The notes under the pieces were generated by a model. It was not told where the DNA came from, made no database searches, and was given only the letters and a program-made list of their open reading frames with translations. Source: Betaproteobacteria bacterium (GTDB lineage Bacteria > Pseudomonadota > Gammaproteobacteria > Burkholderiales > Casimicrobiaceae). From it: 64,000 nt of DNA. Below, piece by piece: positions 26,009-33,755 of this stretch (its first letter is position 1; every line of letters starts with the position of its first letter). A program made the position numbers and the translations under genes. The stretch is taken from assembly GCA_005881895.1 (NCBI GenBank), contig VBCG01000050.1, positions 31,958 through 95,957 of the forward strand. The letters run 5' to 3'.

Positions 26009-28123
26009 GTGCCGGCGATCGCGCTCGCCCTGGTGGCGATCGCGTGCGTCGTGCTGTGGAGCGACTTCGTGCCGGCCGAGCGCGACGCTGCCAACGACCT
26101 TCTCACTTCGCCGCGCGTGGGTTTGCTCGTGTTTTTTGCGGTCGCGCTGGCGGGCGTGCTCGCATTCGTCACCTATCGGATCACGGCGCCGATGGTTCGC
26201 AGTGCGCGGCAGGTCGCCGAAGAAGTGCAGCTGACCGCGCATGGCAATCCCGAACATCGGCTGTCGCTTTCGTGTGCGCCGCCCCTGCGCGGCGTGGTGA
26301 AGGCCGTCAATGATCTCGCCGGTATCCGATCGCAACTGATGGCAGAGCACGCCGCTGCGGCAACCGAAGCGAAAGCGCAGGTCGACGAAGAACGCAAACG
26401 CCTTGCTGCACTCGTGGCGGAGCTCGATCAGAGCGTTCTGGTGTGCAATCGCGACGGTCGCGTGCTGCTCTATAACGCTGCGACAAAGGCGTTGCTCGGC
26501 GGTGCCGAGAATGGCGCGGCAAGCGATCTGATTGGTCTTGGACGCTCGGTGTTCGGCATCATCGACCGCGCCGTGATCATGCACGCGGTCGAGGCCATGG
26601 AGCAACAAACCGCACGGTCGACGCGCGAGAGCACGCACTTCGTGACGACGACGCGTGACGGAAGGTTATTGCGCGTGCATGCGGCGCCTGTCGCCGGCGC
26701 AGCGGATGCGGCCGGCGGCATGCCCGAGCTCAGCGGCTACGTCCTCCTGCTGTCCGATGTGACGGAGGACGTCGACGCCGACGCGAAGCGTGTTGCCCTG
26801 TTTCAGGGCCTCGTCGAAACGACGCGCGCCGCGCTCGCAAACATTCGCGCCGCGATCGAGAACCTGACCGAGCACCCCGAAATGGACGCCGCGCGGCGAG
26901 CGCGATTCGGCACGATCATTCGCGATGAGGCGGTGGGGCTGTCGGAGCGACTGCATCGCGTCACGGCGGAAGTGACCGAGCGATTACGCGCGCGCTGGCC
27001 GCTCGAAGAGATGCGCGGCGAGGATTTGTTGACCCTCGCGCGCCGGCGCATCGAACGGCGCGCAGGCCTGCCGACGAAGCTCGAAGCGGTCGATTCGGAA
27101 CTCTGGCTCCGCGTCGATAGCTTTTCGCTCGCGCAGGGGCTTTCGTATGTCGCGCGGCGGCTGAAAGATGAGTTTCAGGTGCGCGAGGTGCGTTTCCGGT
27201 TGGCCGCGAGCGGCGGTCACGCGCAGCTCGACATCGTGTGGCAGGGACCGCCGTTGTCGTCCGAGACAGCATTCGCCTGGCAAAGCGAGCCGTTCACCAG
27301 CGCCGGTGAAGAAAGCGCGCTTACCTTGACCGAGGTCATCGAACGTCATGCGGGCGAAATGTGGTACCAGCGCGATGTGCCGGCGCAGGTGGCTTATTTC
27401 CGCTTCCTCCTTCCTCTTGCGGGCGAGCACGCCGTGCTACGCTCCCGTAGCGCGTTGCCCAGTCGTCCCGAGTTCTACGACTTCGATCTCTTTCGGCATT
27501 TGCCGGCCACCGACGCGCTCGATCATCGCCTGCTGACCGACCTCGCCTTCACGGTATTCGACACCGAAACGACCGGCCTCCGCCCGTCGGGAGGCGACGA
27601 GATCATCGCGATCGGTGCCGTCCGAATCGTCAATGAACGGCTGTTGCAGGGCGAGACGTTCGAAAGCCTGATCGATCCGGGGCGCGGCTTGCCGGAGTCT
27701 GCGGTCGCTGTGCACGGCATCACGCCCGAGGCGTTGCGCGGAGCGCCCACGATCGACAAGGTGCTGCCGCGCTTTCACCGCTTTGCAGCGGAATCGGTGC
27801 TCGTCGGGCACAATGCCGCATTCGACATGCGCTTCCTGCAGCTAAAGGAAGCACAAACGGGTGTCCGCTTCGAGCAACCGGTGCTCGATACGCTGTTGCT
27901 GTCGGCCGTCGTCCATCCGGAGCAGGACCTGCATGGTCTCGAGGACATCGCCGCGCGGCTCGGTGTCGCGGTGATCGGGCGGCACACGGCGCTCGGCGAC
28001 GCGCTTCTCACCGCCGAGGCGTTCCTGCGCATGATTCCACTCCTCGCCGAACAGGGAATCCGCACGCTCGGTGAAGCGCGCGCTGCGTCGAAGAAGACCT
28101 ACTATGCCCGCCTGGAGTATTGA
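26009..28123 (+). CDS. membrane-anchored HAMP-PAS-degenerate histidine-kinase-like protein fused to a C-terminal DnaQ/DEDDh 3'-5' exonuclease domain; start uncertain
   Basis: Two TM segments, a HAMP-like segment, and a PAS-like segment (VLVCNRDGRVLLYNAATKALLG...YVLLLSDVTEDV). The DHp-like helix LVETTRAALANIRAAIENL has no His. An HATPase-like alpha/beta region follows without recognisable N/G boxes. The exonuclease motifs are FTVFDTETTG, VGHNAAFDMRFL and HTALGDALLTAEAF. There is no in-frame ATG. GTG at 26009, or CTG at 25976, which overlaps the receiver stop as CTGA. Confidence 0.8.
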   Translation: MPAIALALVAIACVVLWSDFVPAERDAANDLLTSPRVGLLVFFAVALAGVLAFVTYRITAPMVRSARQVAEEVQLTAHGNPEHRLSLSCAPPLRGVVKAVNDLAGIRSQLMAEHAAAATEAKAQVDEERKRLAALVAELDQSVLVCNRDGRVLLYNAATKALLGGAENGAASDLIGLGRSVFGIIDRAVIMHAVEAMEQQTARSTRESTHFVTTTRDGRLLRVHAAPVAGAADAAGGMPELSGYVLLLSDVTEDVDADAKRVALFQGLVETTRAALANIRAAIENLTEHPEMDAARRARFGTIIRDEAVGLSERLHRVTAEVTERLRARWPLEEMRGEDLLTLARRRIERRAGLPTKLEAVDSELWLRVDSFSLAQGLSYVARRLKDEFQVREVRFRLAASGGHAQLDIVWQGPPLSSETAFAWQSEPFTSAGEESALTLTEVIERHAGEMWYQRDVPAQVAYFRFLLPLAGEHAVLRSRSALPSRPEFYDFDLFRHLPATDALDHRLLTDLAFTVFDTETTGLRPSGGDEIIAIGAVRIVNERLLQGETFESLIDPGRGLPESAVAVHGITPEALRGAPTIDKVLPRFHRFAAESVLVGHNAAFDMRFLQLKEAQTGVRFEQPVLDTLLLSAVVHPEQDLHGLEDIAARLGVAVIGRHTALGDALLTAEAFLRMIPLLAEQGIRTLGEARAASKKTYYARLEY

Positions 28124-28182
28124 CGGCGTGCAGGCCACACCGATCGGCGCGCATTGCGAATTTCCTTGCAATCCGGATAATC

Positions 28183-28229
28183 GCCCCGCGACTGCAGCGC
28201 AGCGGCGATAGCCGCAAGCGTGGGGGGCA
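28183..28229 (+). repeat. intergenic structured repeat, 3' half, copy R3
   Basis: GCCCCGCGACTGCAGCGCAGCGGCGATAGCCGCAAGCGTGGGGGGC. It shares GCAGCG.AGCGGCGATAGCCGC.AGCGTGGGGG with R4. Confidence 0.6.
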
Positions 28230-28233
28230 CACA

Positions 28234-28989
28234 TTGGCTGACGACACGATACTGGCGACGCAAGGTCTGACCAAGGAGTTCAAGGGCTTTGTGGCCGTCA
28301 AGGACGTCGATCTGTCGGTCCGGCGGGGGACGATCCACGCGCTGATCGGTCCGAACGGCGCAGGCAAAACGACGTGCTTCAACCTCCTCACGCATTTCCT
28401 CACGCCCACGCGCGGGCGCATTTTCTTCAATGGTCGCGAGATCACCGGGTCGCGTCCGGCGGCGATCGCGCGGATGGGGCTCGTGCGCTCGTTCCAGATT
28501 TCGGCGGTGTTCCCGCATCTTTCGGTTCTGGAGAACGTCAGGATCGCGTTGCAGCGCAAGCGCGGCCATTCCTTCGATTTCTGGCTTTCCGAGCGATTGC
28601 TGCGTGCACTCGACGCGAAGGCGCGCGAATTGATCGAGGCCGTCGGCTTGGCCGGGTTCGAGGACACGCTGGCGACGGAGCTTGCTTATGGCCGGAAACG
28701 CGCGCTCGAGATTGCGACGACATTGGCGCTCGAGCCCGAAATGATGCTGCTGGATGAGCCGACGGCCGGAATGACGCACGAAGATGTCGACCGCATCGCG
28801 GCGCTGATCAAGCGCGTCGCCATGGATCGCACGGTGCTGATGGTCGAGCACAATCTTTCCGTCGTTTCGACCTTGTCCGATCACATCACCGTACTTGCGC
28901 GTGGCGAAGTGCTCGCGCAGGGCGACTATGCGACCGTGTCGAAGAATCCCGCGGTCGTCGAAGCGTACCTGGGCGCCGGTCATGCTTGA
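28234..28989 (+). CDS. branched-chain amino acid (HAAT family) ABC transporter ATP-binding protein, LivG-like
   Basis: Walker A is GPNGAGKTT. LivG-type motifs include the C-terminal AYLG. I place the start at TTG 28234 (LADDTILATQGLTKEF); sequence upstream of it is repeat R3. Confidence 0.85.
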   Translation: MADDTILATQGLTKEFKGFVAVKDVDLSVRRGTIHALIGPNGAGKTTCFNLLTHFLTPTRGRIFFNGREITGSRPAAIARMGLVRSFQISAVFPHLSVLENVRIALQRKRGHSFDFWLSERLLRALDAKARELIEAVGLAGFEDTLATELAYGRKRALEIATTLALEPEMMLLDEPTAGMTHEDVDRIAALIKRVAMDRTVLMVEHNLSVVSTLSDHITVLARGEVLAQGDYATVSKNPAVVEAYLGAGHA

Positions 28990-29731
28990 AAGCCCCGGCG
29001 CACTCGATCCACGCACCTACACGGGTACGGGTGGTCCGCTGCTGGGGGTGAGCGCGTTGAACGCGTGGTACGGCGAATCGCATGTGCTGCACGGCGTCGC
29101 ATTCGAGGTGCTGCCCGGCGAAGTCGTGACGCTGCTCGGCCGCAACGGCGCGGGTAAGACGACTACGTTGAAGTCGATCATGGGCATCGTCCCGCGACGC
29201 GAAGGATCGATCGCCTTCGAAGGCCGCGAAACATCGACGCTGCCGTCCAATCGCATCGCGCGCCTTGGCATCGCGTACTGCCCGGAGGAACGCGGGATTT
29301 TTGCGAGCTTGAACGTCGAGGAAAATCTGCTGCTGCCGCCGCTGGTGCGCGAAGGCGGATTGAGCGAGGCGCAGATCTACGAGCTGTTTCCGAACCTGAA
29401 GGAGCGCCGCAAGAGCCAGGGCACGAAGCTATCGGGCGGTGAGCAACAAATGCTCGCGATCGGCCGGATACTGCGCACCGGTGCGCGGCTGCTGCTGTTG
29501 GACGAGCCGACCGAAGGTCTCGCGCCGGTGATCGTCCAGCAAATCGGACGCACGATCGGACGGCTCAAAAGCCAGGGTTTCACGATTCTGCTGGTCGAGC
29601 AGAATTTCCGCTTCGCATCGACGGTCGCCGACCGGCATTACGTGCTCGAAAACGGTCGTGTCGTCGACATGATCCCCAATCCGGAGCTCGAGGCGAACAT
29701 GAAAAAGCTGCACGAATATCTTGGGGTTTAG
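28982..29731 (+). CDS. HAAT-family ABC transporter ATP-binding protein, LivF-like
   Basis: ATG at 28982 overlaps the previous gene. Motifs are GRNGAGKTTT, LSGGEQQMLAIGR and LLLLDEPTEGLAP. Confidence 0.88.
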   Translation: MLESPGALDPRTYTGTGGPLLGVSALNAWYGESHVLHGVAFEVLPGEVVTLLGRNGAGKTTTLKSIMGIVPRREGSIAFEGRETSTLPSNRIARLGIAYCPEERGIFASLNVEENLLLPPLVREGGLSEAQIYELFPNLKERRKSQGTKLSGGEQQMLAIGRILRTGARLLLLDEPTEGLAPVIVQQIGRTIGRLKSQGFTILLVEQNFRFASTVADRHYVLENGRVVDMIPNPELEANMKKLHEYLGV

Positions 29732-29774
29732 GATTCCATTCTGAAGACTGCCCCGATCCATGAGGAGAAAGGCA

Positions 29775-30989
29775 ATGAAAAGAGTAAGAGGGAGCTTGAT
29801 TGCCGTTGCAATTGCAGGCGCGTTTGCCGCCGGCGCGGCGCAAGCGCAAATCTCGGACAACGTCGTCAAGATCGGCGTGTTGTCCGACATGTCATCGCTT
29901 TACACCGACTTGGCAGGCGCCGGATCGGTGGCCGCGGCGCGAATGGCGGTCGAAGATTCAGGTATCGAGAAGCGCGGCTACAAGGTCGAGATCGTTTCGG
30001 CCGATCATCAAAACAAGCCCGATGTCGGCTCGGCGATCGCGCGTCAGTGGTACGACACCGACAAGGTCGACGTGATCGTCGATGTGCCCAATTCAGGCGT
30101 CGCGCTCGCGGTCAACCAGATCACGCGCGACAAGGGCAAGGCGTTTCTCGTCTCGGGCGCCGCAAGCTCCGATCTCACCGGCAAGGCGTGCTCGCCTAAC
30201 ACGATCCACTGGACGTACGACACGTGGATGCTTGCGAACGGCACCGGTGGCGCGATCGTGAAGACGGGTGGCGATACGTGGTTTTTTCTCACGGCCGATT
30301 ACGCCTTCGGGCACGCGCTCGAGCGTGACACCGAGGCGGTCGTGCTGAAGAGCGGCGGCAAGGTGCTGGGCAAAGTACGCCACCCGCTCAACACGCAGGA
30401 CTTCAGCTCGTTCCTGCTGCAGGCGCAGGCATCGAAAGCGAAAATCATCGGGCTCGCGAACGCCGGCGGCGATACGACGAACTCGATCAAGCAGGCGGCG
30501 GAGTTCGGCATCGTCAAGGGTGGGCAGAACCTGGCAGGGTTGCTCGTCTTCCTGACCGACGTTCACGCGCTCGGGCTGCCGACGGCGCAGGGCCTTATCC
30601 TGACCAACACGTTCTATTGGGATCAGAACGATCAGTCGCGCGCGTTCGCCAAGCGCTTCGCCGAACGCGATAAGGGTATCCATCCGACGATGCTTCACGC
30701 CGGCGTGTACTCGGCCGTCACGCATTACCTGAAGGCGGTCGAGGCATTGAAGAGCGACGATGGCACGAAGGTCATCGCCAAGATGAAGGAAACGCCGACC
30801 GACGATCCGCTGTTTGGTAAAGGCACGATCCGCGCGGATGGCCGCAAGATCCATCCCGCATATCTCGTGGAAGTGAAGAAGCCCGCCGAGTCGAAGGGAC
30901 CATGGGACTATTACAAGGTCAGGGCCACGATTCCGGCGGATCAGGCATTCCGGCCGCTCAAGGATGGCGAGTGCCCGTTGGTGAAATGA
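29775..30989 (+). CDS. ABC transporter periplasmic substrate-binding protein (LivK/type I PBP family)
   Basis: Signal peptide is MKRVRGSLIAVAIAGAFAAGAAQA. The rest is a type-1 periplasmic binding fold sequence (KIGVLSDMS...). Confidence 0.85.
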   Translation: MKRVRGSLIAVAIAGAFAAGAAQAQISDNVVKIGVLSDMSSLYTDLAGAGSVAAARMAVEDSGIEKRGYKVEIVSADHQNKPDVGSAIARQWYDTDKVDVIVDVPNSGVALAVNQITRDKGKAFLVSGAASSDLTGKACSPNTIHWTYDTWMLANGTGGAIVKTGGDTWFFLTADYAFGHALERDTEAVVLKSGGKVLGKVRHPLNTQDFSSFLLQAQASKAKIIGLANAGGDTTNSIKQAAEFGIVKGGQNLAGLLVFLTDVHALGLPTAQGLILTNTFYWDQNDQSRAFAKRFAERDKGIHPTMLHAGVYSAVTHYLKAVEALKSDDGTKVIAKMKETPTDDPLFGKGTIRADGRKIHPAYLVEVKKPAESKGPWDYYKVRATIPADQAFRPLKDGECPLVK

Positions 30990-31081
30990 TGTACGCACAC
31001 CGCTGCGCATCGCGGAAACGCTGCGCTAACGAGAGCGAAGCGTTGAGGGTCGCCGCGAGGCGACCTCTCCAACGCGAGCAG

Positions 31082-31143
31082 TTATCCGTCGCGCCGCTCC
31101 GATGACGCATCAAATCGCTGCACCGCACCGGCGCGACGGATAA
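31082..31143 (+). promoter_or_regulatory. perfect 15-bp inverted repeat (32-nt spacer) ending at the first base of the permease ATG
   Basis: TTATCCGTCGCGCCG (31082-31096) pairs with CGGCGCGACGGATAA (31129-31143). The ATG is at 31143-31145. Confidence 0.4.
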
Positions 31144-32006
31144 TGCAAGCACTCTTCGGTCAACTGCTCGTCGGCCTCATCAACGGCGCGTTTTACGCGA
31201 TGCTGTCGCTCGGCCTCGCGGTGATCTTCGGCCTTCTCAACATCATCAATTTTACGCACGGCGCGCAGTACATGATGGGCGCGTTCTGTGCGTGGTTTCT
31301 GTTGAACAAGGCCGGCGTCGGTTACTGGTGGTCGCTGCTGATCGCGCCGGTCGTCGTCGGTGCATTCGGCATGCTGATCGAGCGCACGATGCTCGCGCGC
31401 CTCTACAAGCTCGATCATCTTTACGGTCTGCTGTTGACGTTCGGTCTCGCGCTGATCATTCAAGGATTGTTCCGCAACGAATTCGGCTCGTCGGGCATGC
31501 CGTACCAGATTCCGACCGAGCTCGCGGGCGGCCTCAACCTGGGCTTCATGTTCCTGCCGAAATACCGGGCGTGGGTCATCATCGCTTCGCTCGCCGTTTG
31601 CTTCTCGACGTGGTACGTGATCGAGCGCACGAAGCTCGGCAGCTATCTGCGCGCGGCAACGGAAAATCCGGCGCTCGTGCAGGCGTTCGGCATCAACGTG
31701 CCGCGGATGATCACGCTGACGTTCGGTTTCGGGGTCGGATTGGCGGCGCTGGCCGGCGTGATGGCCGCGCCAATCTATCAGGTGAACCCGTTGATGGGTG
31801 CGGACATGATCATCGTCGTATTCGCCGTCGTCGTGATCGGCGGCATGGGGTCGATCATGGGAGCAATTCTGACGGGCTTCGGCCTCGGTGTCGTCGAGGG
31901 ACTCACCAAATACTTCTATGCGGAAGCGTCCAACACGGTGATCTTCGTGATCATGGTGATCGTGCTGCTGATCAAGCCCGCCGGACTGTTCGGCCGCGAG
32001 CGCTGA
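31143..32006 (+). CDS. HAAT-family ABC transporter permease, LivH-like
   Basis: 287 aa starting MQALFGQLLVGLINGAFYAMLSLGLAVIFG, the canonical LivH N-terminus. Confidence 0.9.
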   Translation: MQALFGQLLVGLINGAFYAMLSLGLAVIFGLLNIINFTHGAQYMMGAFCAWFLLNKAGVGYWWSLLIAPVVVGAFGMLIERTMLARLYKLDHLYGLLLTFGLALIIQGLFRNEFGSSGMPYQIPTELAGGLNLGFMFLPKYRAWVIIASLAVCFSTWYVIERTKLGSYLRAATENPALVQAFGINVPRMITLTFGFGVGLAALAGVMAAPIYQVNPLMGADMIIVVFAVVVIGGMGSIMGAILTGFGLGVVEGLTKYFYAEASNTVIFVIMVIVLLIKPAGLFGRER

Positions 32007-32008
32007 CG

Positions 32009-32974
32009 ATGGCGATCTCGGATACCGCCGCCATCGCCACACGCGCGTCGAACACCGCACGCGCCGGCATCGTATTAATGCTGGCAGCGCTCGCGATCGC
32101 GCCATTTGTCGGTCTCTATCCGGTGTTTTTGATGAAGGCGCTGTGTTTTGCGCTGTTCGCGTGCGCGTTCAATCTGCTCCTTGGATTCGGTGGGCTGCTC
32201 TCATTCGGCCACGCGATGTTCCTCGGCACCGCGGGGTACGTTTCCGCGCATGCCGCAAAGGTATGGGGGCTGCCGTTCGAGCTTGCCGTGCTGAGCGGGA
32301 CAGCCGCCGCGGCGGCGCTCGGCACGCTTGTCGGGGCGCTTGCGATTCGGAGGCAGGGCATCTACTTCGCGATGATCACGCTCGCGATCGCGCAGATGAT
32401 GTTCTTCTTCTATCTGCAAACGCCGTTCACCCATGGCGAGGATGGCATCCAGTCGGTGCCGCGGGGACGCTTGTTTGGCGTCTTCGATCTGTCGAGCACG
32501 CTGACGATGTATTACGTGGTGCTCATCATCTTCGCGCTCGCATTCCTGCTGATCTATCGCGTGATCCATTCGCCGTTCGGCCAAGTGCTGAAAGCGATAC
32601 GCGAGAACGAGCCCCGCGCGATCTCGCTCGGTTATGACGCGGACCGTTACAAGTTGCTGGCGTTCATTCTTTCGGCAACGCTCGCTGGTCTGGCGGGCGC
32701 CACCAAGTCGATCGTTTTCCAGCTCGCATCGTTGACGGACGTTCACTGGACGATGTCGGGCGAAGTCGTGCTGATGACGCTGTTGGGCGGGATGGGCACG
32801 ATCTTTGGACCGGTCGTCGGAGCGTTCATCATCATCGGGATCGAGAGCTATCTGTCCGATTTCGGCGAGTGGGTGACGGTCATCACCGGCGTTATCTTCG
32901 TCGTCTGCGTCCTTGCGTTCCGTCGCGGCATCGTCGGCGAGCTTTCGGCATGGTGGAGCAAGCACGCTGGTTGA
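32009..32974 (+). CDS. HAAT-family ABC transporter permease, LivM-like
   Basis: ATG at 32009 within track ORF 31292-32974. Contains LLLGFGGLLSFGHAMFLGTAGY, which is typical of LivM. Confidence 0.88.
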   Translation: MAISDTAAIATRASNTARAGIVLMLAALAIAPFVGLYPVFLMKALCFALFACAFNLLLGFGGLLSFGHAMFLGTAGYVSAHAAKVWGLPFELAVLSGTAAAAALGTLVGALAIRRQGIYFAMITLAIAQMMFFFYLQTPFTHGEDGIQSVPRGRLFGVFDLSSTLTMYYVVLIIFALAFLLIYRVIHSPFGQVLKAIRENEPRAISLGYDADRYKLLAFILSATLAGLAGATKSIVFQLASLTDVHWTMSGEVVLMTLLGGMGTIFGPVVGAFIIIGIESYLSDFGEWVTVITGVIFVVCVLAFRRGIVGELSAWWSKHAG

Positions 32975-33555
32975 TCGTATGCGTCGTTGCAACGCTCGCG
33001 AGTCTCTCTGCGGCTGCGCAGGACCTGGAGGTGCGCGCCGCCTGCCGCGACGGCCGGCCGCACGGTGCGTACGAGCTTCGATCCGCGAACGGACAGCTTC
33101 GCGTCGCGGGGGCGTTCAATCGCGGCAAGCGCACGGGTTCGTTCATCTTTTGGACGCGCGACGGAACGCGGGTCGCTCACATTCCGTACGATGAGGATCA
33201 GGTCAGCGGGACCCTTTCGCTATGGTTTCGGCAAGCGGGCACGAACGGAGACGCGCAGCAAAAGTTGCAGGCCGGGTTCGCAGCGGGTCGTCGCAACGGC
33301 ATCTCGCGCTCGTGGTATCCGAACGGCCGCCCGCGGGCGATTTATCGCTACGAAGGGGACGTGGTTGCCGACGCGAAAGGATGGAGCGCCGCCGGGAGCC
33401 CGCTCTCCGACGGCGAGGCGCGGGAACGTGCGCTTCGTGATCGCGAAGAGGACGAGAAGTATTATGCTTCTCTTGACGCGATGATCCTGGCGCATTTGCC
33501 AGCCTGTGAAGAACCCCGGAGCCGGGGCGCGAGGGACCATCGGCGTCCAGCATGA
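32950..33555 (+). CDS. secreted MORN-variant repeat protein (YwqK-like repeats)
   Basis: ATG at 32950 gives the signal peptide MVEQARWLIVCVVATLASLSAAAQ. It is followed by repeated G.....Y..G......F..G...G motifs. Confidence 0.6.
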   Translation: MVEQARWLIVCVVATLASLSAAAQDLEVRAACRDGRPHGAYELRSANGQLRVAGAFNRGKRTGSFIFWTRDGTRVAHIPYDEDQVSGTLSLWFRQAGTNGDAQQKLQAGFAAGRRNGISRSWYPNGRPRAIYRYEGDVVADAKGWSAAGSPLSDGEARERALRDREEDEKYYASLDAMILAHLPACEEPRSRGARDHRRPA

Positions 33556-33638
33556 GCGCCGCAGGGCCGTCCCAAGGCGCGAATTACTCCCCCTCCGGGG
33601 GCAGCGTAGCGGCGATAGCCGCGAGCGTGGGGGTCCAA
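33551..33638 (+). repeat. intergenic structured repeat, copy R4 (full length)
   Basis: CATGAGCGCC-[GCAGGGCCGTCCCAA]-GGCGCGAATTACTCCCCCTCCGGGGGCAGCGTAGCGGCGATAGCCGCGAGCGTGGGGGTCCAA. It contains three hairpins. Confidence 0.8.
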
Positions 33639-33642
33639 TTTT

Positions 33643-33736
33643 CGCGCCGCAGGGCCGTCCCAAGGCGCGAATTGCTCCCCCATGGGGCAGCGCAGCGGCC
33701 TCATTGGCCACTGCGGCCGCAAGCGTGGGGGTCCAA
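33643..33736 (+). repeat. intergenic structured repeat, copy R5 (tandem with R4)
   Basis: CGCGCC-[GCAGGGCCGTCCCAA]-GGCGCGAATTGCTCCCCCATGGGGCAGCGCAGCGGCC...GCGGCCGCAAGCGTGGGGGTCCAA. Confidence 0.8.
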
Positions 33737-33755
33737 CTTCGCTCGAGGAGGTAAC

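Noticed and set aside
33552-33755. Repeat-encoded N-terminal extension (MSAAGPSQGANYSPSGG...) of the FAH gene as real coding sequence
   Set aside because: The 68 codons are two copies of the intergenic repeat. A strong GAGGAGG plus ATG follows at 33756, so the downstream start is far more plausible.
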